Assembly: GCA_000934665.2 (NCBI GenBank)
Contig: KZ538335.1
Location: 62,001-126,000 of the forward strand
Source of the DNA: Catajapyx aquilonaris
Taxonomy: Eukaryota
Direction: 5' to 3'
Length of the DNA: 64,000 nucleotides
The notes beneath the pieces are model-generated. The model ran no database searches, was not told the origin of the DNA, and saw only the letters and a list, made by a program, of their open reading frames with translations. The number at the start of each line of letters is the position of its first letter. Positions within the stretch are counted from its first letter, which is position 1. The position numbers and the translations under genes were made by a program. Shown here one piece after another: positions 41,101 through 55,267 of the stretch.

Positions 41101-41233
41101 NNNNNNNNNNNNNNNNNNNNNNNNNNNNNNNNNNNNNNNNNNNNNNNNNNNNNNNNNNNNNNNNNNNNNNNNNNNNNNNNNNNNNNNNNNNNNNNNNNNN
41201 NNNNNNNNNNNNNNNNNNNNNNNNNNNNNNNNN
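41101..41233. other. Assembly gap (N run) flanked by poly-G on both sides
   Basis: 133 N between two G tracts. Confidence 0.95.
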
Positions 41234-41829
41234 NGGGGGGGGGGGGGGAAATTGGGCCACCCTTGGGACGATGATCCTCATCCCCGAGAGAGCCTGTTCG
41301 CGGATACACAGGGTGTGAACTGAATTGTCCCACTCTCGGTTTTTTTTTTCAGGAAGGAAGATATCGATACCTTACAGTATCGGACAATGATCCGTACTCG
41401 AATCTCGCTTTCCACCCAACTTCCACAGCTATGGAAGAGGAAATTAGTAAACTTCGGAAAGTTCGGAAAACTCGTTTCTGAGAGACAATTTGTAAAAGCA
41501 TAGTCAACCGGCATTATGCGCTGATAGGTTCAATATATAAGTTGTTATGCAATAATGAGTCAGCCCACGTGAGAAAAATTATAAGAAAAAGTCTAATTCC
41601 GTCATATTAGGCAGAAGTATGCAGATTTCGCCACAGATTGACTTTAACTGAATGAAGTACGATCATTTGGGTATATATGTTCCTGGGGCTTAACTCAATT
41701 TTGACATTGTTGTGAGTTGACACATTATTGGCATATGTGCTAGCATTTTACCAAATATACACCTGTACAACAACCCTATTCGCAACAGCATGGTATTCAT
41801 AGGCTAATACATCATTTGGCCGAAGAATT

Positions 41830-42110
41830 GATCGATTCATGCGAATTTTTGCCCATATATTAACTATCACATGATAGTTCACGCAACGCACAAGTAAAAA
41901 AATCTTTAAGTATACATAGGCTACAAATATAAATGAATGTATAATTAACTTCAGTCGACTTGTGCTAAAAATTTTCCCGAATCCTTCAAATATTGATCGA
42001 TGAATAGATCGACTCACTTGAATATTTTTGCCCAAAAAGTGTAGAATATGCTGATTAACTATCAATGATTCCGCACAGTTCAAGCAACGTACAAGTAAAA
42101 ATCTTTAAGT
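41830..42110 (+). repeat. Degenerate direct duplication (41830-41911 and 42007-42110)
   Basis: Shared blocks GATCGA.TCA, TTTTTGCCCA, ATTAACTATCA and GCAACG.ACAAGTAAAAA..TCTTTAAGT. Confidence 0.7.
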
Positions 42111-43129
42111 TGGCACATTAGCACCCATACATTAACCAACGCCCAGCTCCAAATGACCACCTATTTTCTTCTCCGATTCCCCATGCAATTATGGATGTCT
42201 AACGGCCCGCATTCCAACCCTCTCAATCATGGCCGGCGCCAGAAACAATTTCCCAGCCAGTTCATTTTCAGGAACACTCCACAAATTAGCAACTTCTCCG
42301 AAAATAACTGTCTTCCACACACAAAAAAAATGTCCATGGGCAAAAAATCGCTGATCTGTTACAGCACGTGCTTGAAGCTATGGGGCTGAAATCTTAAAGA
42401 CAGAGTCCGGAGACTGGGATAATCCGCCGAAAAACAAGCCGGACTAACTAAAGCATTAGAAATAAAAGGGGGAGGGGGTGGGGGGGAAATAGGAGTATAG
42501 AGAATCTAGCTCATTGGCGCCGCCGCCGCTTCGATCCCATTCCTCATCCTCCCAGCAGCCCCCGGAATCGATCAGACCCCGGGAAAGGCACGGGGGGTGG
42601 TTAGAAAAAGAGTAGGGTGGATAGTAGTAGAGGGGGTGGGGAGGGGGTGGGTGGGGGGGTTAGATTTGGGACTGACCACCGCCCACTTCGCCTCCATCAC
42701 CATGGAGATGCAGCCCTCGGCCTCCCTGCAACACTTCATGCCTTTCACATTTTCATCCCCGCCTTGCTGCCTGTCCAATCAATCCGAGGGGAAGAATCAC
42801 ATTCGGAGCCCAAACTGTACCGGGCCAGGGCATTTTTTTTTTCTATCGCGACTCCTGGAAACCTAAGATAACTGGAGAAAGTGCTGAATAAACCCGGAGG
42901 GGGTGGGGGGAGGAGAGAGTGGAGGGGTGAAAAGAAGAGGGGGGGTGCAATTATAGGCCATGGCTATCGAGGGCTCTGACCTGTCATGGAATATGGATAA
43001 AAATATTACTTTCAATAACATTGTGTCAGACGACATACAACTGGGTTGCTGGCTCATTATGAATGTTTAGTACTACAAATGGACAGCCTCGAAATGATGG
43101 TGTACTGTCATACTATAAGGCTCTGTGTA

Positions 43130-43270
43130 CTATGGGGCTCAAATTGTTTTGGCCACTTTATCCTGATCTTGAAGCAACCCTTCGCACTGGCCCCACGGTG
43201 AGGAGGTGTGAAGGGTGGCATCAAGACGACCAGGACTGATAAAGTGGCCAAAACAATATGAGCCCCAACG
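43130..43270. mobile_element. 141-bp fold-back MITE flanked by TA (Tc1/mariner-like)
   Basis: TA|CTATGGGGCTCAAATTGTTTTGGCCACTTTATC ... GATAAAGTGGCCAAAACAATATGAGCCCCAACG|TA. The inner arms TCTTGAAGCAACCCTTCGCAC and GTGTGAAGGGTGGCATCAAGA also pair. Confidence 0.75.
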
Positions 43271-43509
43271 TACTTTTACTCGTGATATAACATACTCATT
43301 TTCACCTCACCTCGGATATAACAGGCCATTTCTTGGTCACTCGTGGGAAAATATACATTTTTTGGGTATAAAATTGGCAATAATGGCAGCGTCAAAAGAA
43401 AATTTCTGCATATAGCTTTCGGGTGCATTTTTGATGGATTTAATTAATCAGTATGTAACTTATATTATAGGTATAGGGTTGCATTTTCGACCAGCTGGTA
43501 TTTACTCCT

Positions 43510-43711
43510 AACTTAGCAGTACCACTCTGCCATCCCAAGAAGAAACACCCTAACTGCAAAACTAGTAAGGCTGAAAGTCGCATACAATGCCCTGCACTAA
43601 TCCCCCCTGACTCAGTGCAGGACATGCATGCGACTGTCACCCTTACTAGTTTTGCAGTTAGGGTGTTTTATCTTGGTACGGCAGAACTGCCAACACTGGC
43701 ACTGCTAAGTT
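43510..43711. mobile_element. ~200-bp fold-back (MITE-like) element
   Basis: The inverted pairs AACTTAGCAGT/ACTGCTAAGTT, AAACACCCTAACTGCAAAACTAGTAAGG/CCTTACTAGTTTTGCAGTTAGGGTGTTT and CCTGCACT/AGTGCAGG are nested around a short loop. No clear TSD. Confidence 0.65.
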
Positions 43712-46700
43712 GGCAATACCTATAGCAGTGGGACGAAAATTCCACTCAGTCTATGGAAAGCAGAAAAGTTGGTGTCATAGATTAATAAGGTTGTCCTTAT
43801 TAATCTATGCTTGGTGTATTCGTTGCAAAATTGGCTATTTGGCTATAAAATAATATATGATAATATCGTATTTTATTTGGCTATAACAGACTTTTTCCGC
43901 TGTCCCTTGAAGTCTGTATATCCGGATTCAACTGTACTTAAACTAGCCCAAAATTGGACTGTACTGAATTTCTCCAATGATATGCATCCATCCACTGTAA
44001 TTAACAACATAAGTTTCGTACAACTTCCAACATATCCTCAACACAACAAGTCAAACTTATCAATATCGCTGGTAGGTACCAAGTATAACAATGACAACGA
44101 GCGCTTGTTTAGCAAGAAACGGAAGCGCGGATTTAACGACGTGAGATCCGTGTAGTCGCGCAGTCTGGAGAAAAACCCACTCGAAAAAAAAAAAAACACC
44201 CTGTGTATATATCCTGAACTGGAGGAAAAGAAAAGGCGCGACAGAAGCAGAGGTAGGAAATAGTGACGAGGACAAATGGTGGCTAGGGCGCAGAAGGAGG
44301 TCGCGGAATATAAGAGCTCTAGTCAAATTCATGGTGCATTGGGGAAGGAAAACGAAAGAAAAAAAAATATATACCGAGAGGGGGGAAATTGGGCGCCTTG
44401 TGCAGACGACAGCCTTCCTCCGCCTCCATTACGACATTTGAGTGCCGATTATGCCCGCGGCTGGCCCCTAGGAGTGGGGGACCCCCAAGAACAAGAAGCA
44501 AAAAAAAAAATGGCCATTTCCTTCCACAACCCAATTCCTCGGATTCTTCTTCCAAATGTTGGCGGAAATCGTGCCTCATCTCGAGTCCGGCAGTAATGTG
44601 GCTTGCCTATCTTCCAGGATGACATGGACCTCTTATCTCCAGCAACTTTTTCTCTCTTCCCTCCCATCCACCCCCCTGCCTCCCCCACCCCCCTTCCTAC
44701 CAAGTCCTTCCAGCAAGGCTCTCCTGAGAAATTGCTGCGTCTAGGATCGATCCAAAATCTTCATTTTTCATGAGTTTTACTTCCAGAACCAATCTGAGTA
44801 TTTCGATAACTAAGTTCCTTCGGTTCGGAAACGACTTTTTTGTTTCCTTCGCCAAGGCAGGGGCTTTTGACATATCGTGAAAAGCTGAGGGAATGGGATA
44901 GAATTTTATATTCTATCTCACTGGAATATAAGCGGTTGGCTCCTTTAAATCGATCATGCACCAAAGAATTTTTGCTGTGGAGCAAGATAGTGCATTTGGC
45001 AATTTCGAGTCTTTTCTGGTAAATTATTCGGGGCATCCAATAACCCGTTCACATTCTGAACAGTAGAAAAATGCATTAACAATTGGTACGTAATACCAGT
45101 TGTCGTGTCGCTTTTCTTTAAAAAAAATACACAAGCTATACACAATATCGGCTGTAATAAATGTTTAAAAATATTTATTACAGCCGATATTATAATCAAA
45201 ATATTGAGAGCATCCAGCTAATACCAAAAACCATACAAAAAAATTCCGGCCTAAAATTCCACCATTTAATTTTTATATCCCTCAATAAGTATCCAATTTT
45301 GTAAGAAGCTCCCCCGGGGGAGGGCTTACGTTACATCGGAATTGCCACTGAGCGTCCAGATTTTTCAGAGGTCCCAGATATACGATATAGGCGTCCAAGT
45401 TCCCATGTTGCTGCAGGCATCTCAGGATCAAAGCAAAAACAAAAGCATAGCGCGCCTGTGCCTTGGAAACATTTCCTATAGGCTTGCAGCACCAGGATTG
45501 AAGGCAAGTGGGCTACATGATATTTGGGGATCGGAGGCAAGGGGCGCCTCTGACATATGTATAGCCAGGCCCTCGAGGGGAATAGGCCCGTCGGCCCCGG
45601 GGTCATACATCATGCACATAATAACCCTTGTGCCACGCAGCTTCGGTTTTGGATGTAGGGCAGTCCTTCATTGGAAGCCAGCACGTTCCATCAAAGCCAG
45701 GCTCGCTGCTGCTGCCCCCCCGGAAGAAATGGAGAAAATATATATATATATATCTAAAAAAAGAAGAAGAAGAAGAGAGGGTAGGTAGGGGCAGGGAAAA
45801 GGCGCCAAGAAGCCAATAAAAATAGCTGGCGTTCCTTCACTGCCCTGCTAACAAGGATTCCTCCACCTGCAATCCTTTTCCTAAAAGCACAAGATAACGC
45901 TTCTCTTGTCACTCACAGTATCGTGATATTTTTCTTCTTTTTTTCCATTTTCTTCTAAGGGAGTGTTCATCTTAAACTCTGTCTTGATGGACCCCCATTT
46001 TTTGTGTGTTCCCCCCACCCCAACAGCAGCAGCTCACTGACCTTCCTCTACTTCTACTCCTCCATTCTTCACGTGCTTCATCTTTTTGTGGCTTTTATTT
46101 TCTCAGAGTTATTGGGATGCATCTCAAGTGGGGGTAGTTCCGGTTTTCTTCGTCCCGGGTGAGGGTTTTCATTTAAAAAAATGGTGCGTCCGTTAGAAAA
46201 TTTGATCAGTATAATGTCTACTGAAAGTTGAGCGATATTTGGACTATCACTATTTGAGTCAACTGGATATCGAAATATTATGTGTGGAACGGAAACGTGT
46301 TATTGCAGGCTACTAATTTCGCCAAGACACCAGCAAAAAAAACTAGTGCTGCGTAGAAGATTTCTGCTCGAATGACCAGCAGCAGATCACAACAACACCA
46401 TTTTCAAAGACATCATACATTGCGCACTTTGGTCTGGAAGAATGCAATAACAATCTCACTGCAGGTCATATCGTGCATTCGGTCAAACGAGCAAAATGAT
46501 CATTAGCAGGCTTCATGTACTGCCTCTGCTTTTTTTTTTCTCGCTTTTGCACAACGCTATAGACATATACCTGTATACTCCACGATGATGACACTAACAT
46601 TGCGTCGTTGTGTTGTGACATATCAGGTCGGAAACATTGGCCCTGTTGGACACACGGTGCACAGTAAATCATATTGTCGCATGACTATCCATAATGTAAT

Positions 46701-49700
46701 GTAATGTAAAATGTAATGTCAGCACTTGCGCGATTCTTGTAAAATCTAACGAGACAATCGATATGTCAACATCTTTAGAGTGTCGATTCGGTATCGCTTA
46801 CAGCTGCAGGAGCAGCATCAGACAAGCAGGTGTATGTATGGGGCCAATTTGTAGGCGGTCCTATAGGCAAAGTCCCACAATAGATCATTAGAGGTGCGGC
46901 GCCTGTAAGGCGATTTAGCTTCGAGGGGAAAAGCAACCCGTAGCGATAAGGCGGCGCCGAAGAATGAGATGGTAGTGGTGGTGGTTGGTATATAGTAGTA
47001 GTTGGAAAGAACAGGGGGGGGTGAAAGAAGAAGAAGGGGGGGAAAAAAAGAGGGGGGTGGCTAGACTTCCATTCCATTCCATCCATTCTTGCTGGCCGAC
47101 ACGAGACAAAAGTGTCACCACAACCTGCTTCTCCCGTCATGGGAAGGGGAGGGGACGACAAAGCGTGACGTCATCCGATGACTGGTAAGCCCGGAAGAGG
47201 AAATCAGACTATTGTTATGACACTTGTATGACAACTTCTAGATCGCAATTAAAATGTCGTTGTGGCAATCAGCGGACTAATGTAAACGGGTATTTTCAAC
47301 CACCAGCCCCTAACATCCCCGCAACCCGCCTGGCTTTCCTGCCAGCTGGGTTGCGTATCAGCCAGGATAAAACCTCCAAAAGTCTAACATCCGGATATTT
47401 TGATTACGTCCCTCTGCAAAACGGAGCGTACTGGCGGAGATTCTCTGGTTGTGAGGCAACGGAAAAAGGCGGAGAGTCCGCGAGGCATAACGAGGCTGTC
47501 GCTCCATCCTGACAGCTAGCTTGGCAGCAGAAAAGGAGATGAGGGGAATGCTGCCGGAAGACAAGATGAGCGCTCCCGGGGGGTGACTGGATGGGGGAGA
47601 CATATAAGAACAAAAAAAAAAGAAGAGTGTGGCCCTCCCTCCCCCACAATCATCCTCCATGTGCCAACTCAATCCTGAGCTTTATATTATCAAATGGGAA
47701 ACGTTTCCGCACATCATCCCCCGCCAGTCATATCTTTACAGCTGGTCCGAATCGTTCCCAACTGCGTTTTTAGGATGGGGGAAGGGGGTGTGGAGGGGGG
47801 ATCGACCATATTTGGAGTCAAAATCATGCTAAGTCAACTGATCTTCATACAACTAATATTACAGGTAGCGTCCATCAGAAGAGTAACAATGACGCATAGT
47901 GTCCAGTATTATCCGGGCATCCTTGGTTTTAGTAATAGGGGTGTGAGGATGGAGGAGGTCCGAGGGTTCCCCCCCCCCCCCTTGGAATTGGAGATCCATC
48001 TTGGCAATGGCTCCCCAATGACGGAGGGGCGGCCTGGACAAGTGTAAAACTAAATCGACGCCTCCCCGCGTCCACTTGACTCCTTCCAATAAATTCCCTC
48101 CACCCCTCCTTCCCATACTGAATGCTGAAAAATTGGGGTGGGGGGGGCCACCTCCCCATACCCTCTCTGTAAAAAAAAATGTGGCTTGCTCCCTAAACGT
48201 ACTGTATAGGTCGAGTAGACTTAACGTTAGTGTTGGGGGAGAGGGTGTACAGTAAGACCCAAGGGGGGGAGGCGGGGGAGGGAAGAAAAAGGCCTGGCCT
48301 GGCCGCCTAGCCGTCTTAGCCTAAGCCTGCTGACTTTTCCAGCAAACTTATTTTCTATGAGCCCGCTTGACAGAATTCGATAAAGGCGGATCCCCAGGCC
48401 GGCGTCCTGGGCATCCCCAGCGTCCATGCCCAAAGACTGCTAATGCCAACTGGGAGGTGGGGGGGGGGGCGGTAGGGTGGGGGGAGAGGAGAAGGGCAAC
48501 GCTGCCCATAGTTGCAACACCTCGCTTGCAACCAGGCTAATATGTTATGGGTGGGCTGTATGTGATATGACTTGAATTTTGATGGCGGACATGCTGGTAA
48601 TAATGATTTGCCCCAGGAAAAATGGCAGGGGATGATGTGACACTGACACATAGTGTCACATTAGCAAATAGTACGAACCGTCTATAAGTAGAGCAAGTCA
48701 ATACCTATACCCATTGTCCATTTCCTCTGTATAAATATTACACAAAAGTATAACCTGCCTTCCACTCTCGAGGCCAACACAATCACACAAAATGTACCAA
48801 AAAACGACCACTTTCCACTAAGTGGTGGCCATCTTGCTTTTCTTTACATCCGAGCTGAATTGTGAGTTGGTCCAGTTTGTGAAAACATCAAAATCCGCTT
48901 CCTTTTTCTCTCTCTCTCCATCTCTCCATCTCTCCCTTCCTTCTCTCCCTCTCTTTCTCCTCAAACTAGAAGCAGCGGTGTTCCCAACTGACTTGCTAAG
49001 CAAACAGTCCACAATATATTAATGGGATGGATACGAGAAGCCCTTCCCATGCGGATGGATCGAGTCTCCAGCGCCCTTTGAGATGCGGGTCCAACAAACC
49101 AGAGATAACTCAGGGTGGTGCGCTGCCTTTTTTTATATATATATATATTTCTTTCATGCCTTATTCGCCTTCTTGAGAAAACAGAACCCAGGTTGTTTCG
49201 GTAAGGGACGAAGCGGGCTGGTTTATACGGTCAAAATATTGTGGAAAAGCACCGTGTGTGCTGCAACAAGATTTATACTTCAAGGGGGTCCCCGATTTTA
49301 TATGGACATTTAAAGAAACGGTGTGACAGTCAGAAAGAAGAAGAATCAGGGAGGAAGGGGAAGAAAGGGAAGGTGATGAAGACAAATCTGGAAGCAAATC
49401 CGGGGCATTAGGCAGGCGCCCCACCTTGCCATTTCACTGCGTTTGCTTTGCAGGGGAGAGAGAAAAAAAGGAAGCTGATGAAGATGAATCTCTAACGCTG
49501 GCATAATTCCATGAGAGACTCTCCTTTTCCACCATGCTGGGCTTTACGGAGCAATATGTTCAAGTCGGAAGCTGCCCTAAAATTGGCAGGTGACTTGTAA
49601 CCAAAAAAAACAGCCACTGTAAAATTTAAACAGTCAATTTGTGAGTCAGTTGTGATGGAAAAACCCAAATTTCAGCCAATTTTTAGATTCCATTGGTTAG

Positions 49701-51111
49701 ATCACGTTGGGCGCCATTGTTACCTACCTATACCCAACGAGGGCAGGTAACAAATCTCCACTCTGCGAAATGGGTGCAGCCAACATTTCCATGACTGAGA
49801 GGGCCTAGATTTGGTAGTGTGAGAGGAGGGTTGTGTGAGTAGAGGATTAGGCAAGCGCAAGGAAATCCGGTTGGCGCCGCATAGAAACGGGCTTCCCGCC
49901 ATATCTTCCCTCCCTGCTCAGAGAGTGAACGCCGCTTGCCAATTTTCCAAATGGGAAGCCAAAGCCGAGCGGACAGCCCCGGCCAACTTTTCTTTCTTTT
50001 CTTTTTTTTCCTTCTTCTTCTTCTTCTTCCATCCCCACCCCCGCCTTATCCCCCTGCCACCCACCCACCAGCACATCTTCTTCTTGAAGCTCTCCCTCCT
50101 TTTCATCCGGAGAATAATCTTCCGGGGAGATGGGCCCGCTCTCCACTCTGCTGACCAATCCACATACCCAACCAGACGCGGCAATCGAGATATGAAGAGC
50201 TAGTCTGGACCAATCCTCCAACCAACTATATTCCAAGAATATATGCTGATAAGTTTATCCAGTTCATATATATAGTGAGCCGAATATATCCTATACCTGC
50301 CCTAGTGATGGACCACCTCCTCCTTCCCCCACTGCCCGTTCCCATCGGCCTGCCTAACAAAAATAAAGGAATCCCATCTCCCCCGGGGAGCCAGCTGAGT
50401 TGGCGATTCGTTGATGCGGACCACGCAAAACTTTTGCCGACTGATGTGAATTTGAACACGGAGACAAAAGAAAACTAGTAAATCTCTAGGAAAAAAGGCA
50501 AGCTCCTTCTGCAGAGGAATCGCTACCAATGAATGGCCATCCTTTTTTTTCTTCTTCTTCATCACAATAGCGCCATGGCAGCAAAGTTCGACAAGGACGA
50601 CCTGACATATATGAAGGTGAATTTAAGTTAAGCAGTGTGTACTATAGTATCCTATAAGAGTCGTTTCCTACACAGGCAACACACACGTGCGAATAGAGTA
50701 TGAGCTGTTGGGTTCTGCCAGTAAGAGATGGACACAGGCGCATGAATAAATTGGATTCGGAGCAGAGAGGATCCGGAGCCATAAAGCAAGCTTGGGTTTT
50801 ATTTCCTCGGCGGTCCCGGATGATAAAACAGTGGAAAGTCAATTAAGGTTCGATCCCTGCCGCCATCAAATCCTTTTTGGCAAGGGAAGAGTGATGAAAA
50901 TTTCAGGGCTGGGAAGGAGTGGCGTGGCCGTAAACTTCTCTTGCATGCACCCCTGGCCTCGCTTGTGTGATGCCTGTGTGTATATCATGTCTCCTCTTTC
51001 CACTCACTATTTGGGACCAGTTGGATTATTCACTATCCAAGTTGTCATAAAATTTGCCAACTTTACCTCGATTCTAAAATATTAGAATGTATCGTATGTA
51101 TCAATTATGTA

Positions 51112-51351
51112 CAGTGTTGTACATTAATCGCGTCATACTGCTTGCGGCACAGAAAGTGCAAATCGAATGTGTGAGCCGTGCGAGTAAGAAGAGGTAGGCC
51201 TTGAGTGACGTCACCGGCTGGAGGGCAATGGAGCTTGTCCCACAACCAGTGACGTCATCAAGGCCTACCATTTCTTACTCGCACGGTTCGATTCTGCACG
51301 CCTGCCGCAACGGAAAATGTCGCTAGCAGTGGACTGGGATATGTCAGCACT
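51112..51351 (-). mobile_element. MITE family A copy (opposite orientation)
   Basis: TA|CAGTGTTGTACATTAATCGCGTCATACTGC at the left end, a fold-back interior with two TGACGTCA sites (51206, 51250), and a degenerate right end. Confidence 0.85.
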
Positions 51352-52675
51352 TAAACAAAACTGAACATGTTAATTTATATATATTACATAACCTTTAACA
51401 TATAGCAGATGTCACGTTGGCTGACTCTCACATATTTCAGCCCTAAAATTCTCGTTAACCAGCAGCTGTCAGAAAAACTAATTATTCAATGTTTTTCTGC
51501 GTTTAAGCTGCAGATTCTGTTACAAACATGTTGTGTAGGTTGCACCTTCAAAACAGCTGTCGGAAGAAGAAAAATGATGGGTGGTCAGCACAAACCCACC
51601 TCTTCTCTACGATGCTTTGGGGCCAAAAGACACGATCCCCTTGAAAAAAAAAAAAAATTGAAGGCTAAAACGGATGAAATATGTTTTTCGAACCGGCACT
51701 TCTCAGCTTTTGTCACTTGCTAACCAGCACGGGGTTTTTATTTTTATTATTTTATTTTCCGTCCACGTGACTTGCACATATTTCTGTCCATTTATCACTC
51801 TTTCATTTGAACTCACGCCGCTTATACCACCCTCCCAGAAAATATGCGGTCGTTGCCCACAAGTGGTGGGAAGGAAATCTTCATCACCTGTCATATGACC
51901 GCCACTTGCGTCGCATAAACATGGAAACATCTGATTTAGAAAATTTTGATTCAGAAAATTTTCCGAATCTTTAAATAAAAAATGAGAGAACGCTTCACAT
52001 AATATGGAGAGACTTCACTGCTACTTTTTGAACCCACATGTGACACATAATTCTCCCTACTCACTCAACAAAAACTGGAGAGCAGACCCCTCATTCTACA
52101 TAATAAATGTGGTTCCTTTTACGAGTCCTCTTAGGTCAAAAGTGCCATCCCTGACGGCGTACCCCCAACGTGGAGGCGCAAAAGAGCGAATCTCTTTTTC
52201 CTGGACGTCCCTTTTATCCCGTTGTCCCACCCTCTCTTTTTTTTCTCCCCCTCTTCCTTCTCCAGAGGGGACATTATGGCGTCGGACGAGCATGATTTAG
52301 CCAACTGCCAACGGGCGCTGAATATTTCCCTCCGCTCCATAAATTCTGATTATTCAAAATTGACGTTGGTTCATTGGGAATGGGTCCCGCTACGAGCCAC
52401 TGGTATTTATCTCGGCTCTCGGCCAATGGGCACAGACCATTCCTCTTTCTCCCCCACTTTTCTTTTCTCTTCTGGGGTTCCTTGGGGTGCCCTGTGCTCT
52501 AGTCACTAGAGTCTAGTGGACGGTTCTTCCTGTTCAAGCAGTGGTCATTTCCGTGACCAGATCTAGACTTGTCGTGTTATAGCGCGCGTGGGACCGTGTC
52601 AAGTTGGCATGATTTGATGGTGAATGATTTACTCTAGCATAGTCTGAATAAATAAAATGTGCTTCTCCTGAAAAT

Positions 52676-52896
52676 GCGTCATACTGCTAGCGACATTACC
52701 CGTTGCGGTAGACGTGCAAATCGAAGCTGTGAGCCGTGCGAGTAAGAAATGATAGCCCTTGGGTGACGTCACTGGCTGTGGACAAGCCGTTTCTCCATTG
52801 CCCCCGAGCCGGTGACGTCACTCAAGGCCTACCTCTTCTTACTCGCATGGCTCACAGCTTCGATTTGCACTTCTGCCGCATCAGCCACAATGTCGC
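52676..52896 (+). mobile_element. MITE family A copy lacking outer TIR ends
   Basis: GCGTCATACTGCTAGCGACATT...GTGCAAATCGAAGCTGTGAGCC / GGCTCACAGCTTCGATTTGCAC, with TGACGTCA at 52764 and 52813. Confidence 0.85.
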
Positions 52897-54358
52897 ACCC
52901 CTCTAACAAATATGTTGAGCTCTTATTAACTGTATGTTCAGCAAGCTTGTACAAACAATATTATGACCATCACGTATATACATTTCTCATCCCTTTTTTT
53001 TGTTCAAAAGTAAGTCATTGTTATAGCCTTCCTCTGGCACCATCCGTGTCAACCCTTCCAGGCCTGCACAAAAAAAAAGTCAAAAAGGCCCCAACCAGCA
53101 CTCATGGCAAACCAGTAGCCTAATGCACTCCATCGAAATTGAGAGGTGTAATGGCGGAGGAGCAAACAGAGGAAAGGGGTGGAAAGGACGGCAATTAAAA
53201 GAAGCTGTCAGCAATACCAATACAAGGCCCCCATCTGGATAGAATAAAGAAGACCGGGGCGGGCCTGCAGCACGAGACCCACAACACAACACCCGCCCAT
53301 TGTGGCCCAGCACACACATTCTCTCACAAAAAAAAAACATCAACCAACCCCTTCGGGGTGCCTACGTCTCCATTACATCCAGGCTTCCCTTATTATTTGC
53401 TCTTCTTCTCCCATTTCCACTCCTCGCACCTTCCTCACCGCATATCAACACGCCAACATCTTATGGACATGCAACCAGCTCTGCACACCATCAGTAAGGT
53501 ATATAGTGCTGCTAATCATGTAATTATGTTAGAGGATGAAATTTGCAATATACTTTATGACCACAACTTCATCCTTCTCTCAGCAAAGTCAGTGTCTCCA
53601 TACTTTTTAGCAGATGAAAAGCCAGCCGTGTTTACTCAAGGCAAAAGAAAGAAGGAAGGATGAGAGAAGGAAGGGAAAAAATGATTAATATCGCCATGCG
53701 CTGCTATTGTCCACAAAAAGAAGAGGAAAGAATGATGCGGGGCAGAGAGAGTAAATTCTGATGCCCACAAATGAAATGAGAGGACGGAAAAACGGATATT
53801 TTTCTTTCATTCCGTCAGTTTTCGCGAATCACCAAGCCAACCGGAACGAATTCGGGTGCTGGTCTTCTTTTTTTTTTTCTTCATCTGGCCAAACCCGAGG
53901 TGAGGCTTTTGTTTAGACAAGAATATTTCTCTCCCTTGTAATATTTCCTTCCTCTCCTTTTTCTCTTCCCTCCGAGGGTTGTCAGACATCAAATGGAACG
54001 CGGCCACCTGCTTCCACAAGAATCCTATAGACGGCGATCCTATATGTACAGATATTGAGAGATTAATATGGAAGCATCATGCAATCGGTATTCTTATTAA
54101 TGTTGAATATACAATATAGCTATTTGGTAGGAAATGAGCAGGCGTTTCCTACCTCCTCAAGAAGTTTTACTTAATCAAGAAGGGGATTGCAATAAGTTGC
54201 CATGGCAACGATCGAACTTCTCCCATAATCCCTTTAGGCTACATGCTCATATCAAGTGCACCAAATATATTCCGAAACAACTTTTCATTTGTACGCAGCA
54301 GTCAATATATTTTGCTATACCGTAGCTACTGTTTCCGACGTTGTCCTGCAGTATTAAT

Positions 54359-54753
54359 TGGACGACGTTATGCAATAATGGGTCAACCCACAAAAATGTC
54401 AAATGCACCAAAAGGATAGTAGTACAAGTGTTGGACATTAATCGAGACATACTGCCAGCGACATTTACCGAAGCGGCAGAAGAAGGAATCTTGCTCGTCC
54501 GGCTTGCACTATCCTTATCTTCGATTCCTTCTTCTGCCGCTTCGGAAAATGTCGCTGGCAGTATGTCTCGATTTATGTCCAACACTGTACTTCATTCAGT
54601 TAAAATCACGTTGGTGAAATCTGCATACTTCTGACATAAGATAAATGACCGAAAAGAACACCGAATTAAATTTCACAGGTACATGACATTCAAAACCCTT
54701 TTTCTCAAAACTGTTCTCATGTGGATTAACATATTATTGCATAACAATTCCAA
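54359..54753 (+). mobile_element. MITE family B (TGGACGGTGTTATGCAATAATG TIR), interrupted by a family A-related MITE
   Basis: GTTATGCAATAATGGGTCAAC..CAAAAATGTCAAA at the left, ATAAATGACCGAAAAG and CTGTTCTCATG inside, ATTATTGCATAACA at the right. Matches 56882-57118. Confidence 0.8.
54425..54587. mobile_element. Family A-related 163-bp fold-back MITE flanked by TA
   Basis: TA|CAAGTGTTGGACATTAATCGAGACATACTGCCAGCGACATTT ... AAATGTCGCTGGCAGTATGTCTCGATTTATGTCCAACACTG|TA, with ~65-bp arms. It has the family A TIR but a different centre with no CRE. Confidence 0.85.
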
Positions 54754-55025
54754 TTTTTCGAATTATTTAATGTGTGCAAAGCTGTAACGCACAAGGATCA
54801 AGGGAGCGTAGTTATTTTTAACGCCTACTTTTAGCTACATGAATGCCCATTTCACATCACAAAGCAAGATTAGCAAATCACGCGAGCGTGATTCGAGTAG
54901 ACTTTTTCTAGTTGGGCAGTGGAAAATTAGGCTGACAAACCCGACACGACACGATTCTAATAGGACAACAACGCCATTGATTGTTATTCTCATTTCCGTG
55001 CCAGTAAATTGACCTGGGCGGATAG

Positions 55026-55190
55026 AGTGAACCCGGAAAACCGGAAGTGGTGGGTCACCGGAAGTTGGCCATGAAACCTAATTTGGTCACGCTGAATCCG
55101 AATCCGAAAACAGTTTGTCGCTATCTCTTGCCGTTTAGGCCCTGATACCTGTCCAGGTACGGACGGACGGACAGAGCCGTTCTATAAGAA
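55026..55190. mobile_element. Possible Helentron/DINE-1-like non-autonomous fragment
   Basis: CCGGAA repeats, GCTGAATCCGAATCCGAAAACAG and a (GGAC)n core, GGACGGACGGACAG. Resemblance only, with no second copy in the window. Confidence 0.3.
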
Positions 55191-55267
55191 TTTTTCGATG
55201 AGAGAGTCTTTAAAATTTTAGAAAAGAAAGAACTCACATCACATTTCAACTATACATCAATGAGGTA

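Noticed and set aside
54247..54634. Two opposing ORFs with near-identical peptide segments
   Set aside because: An artefact of the fold-back MITE at 54425-54587.
54876..54912. Short hairpin AATCACGC-GA-GCGTGATT followed by CTAG, like a Helitron 3' end
   Set aside because: No matching 5' end or second copy is visible, and it is too short to support.
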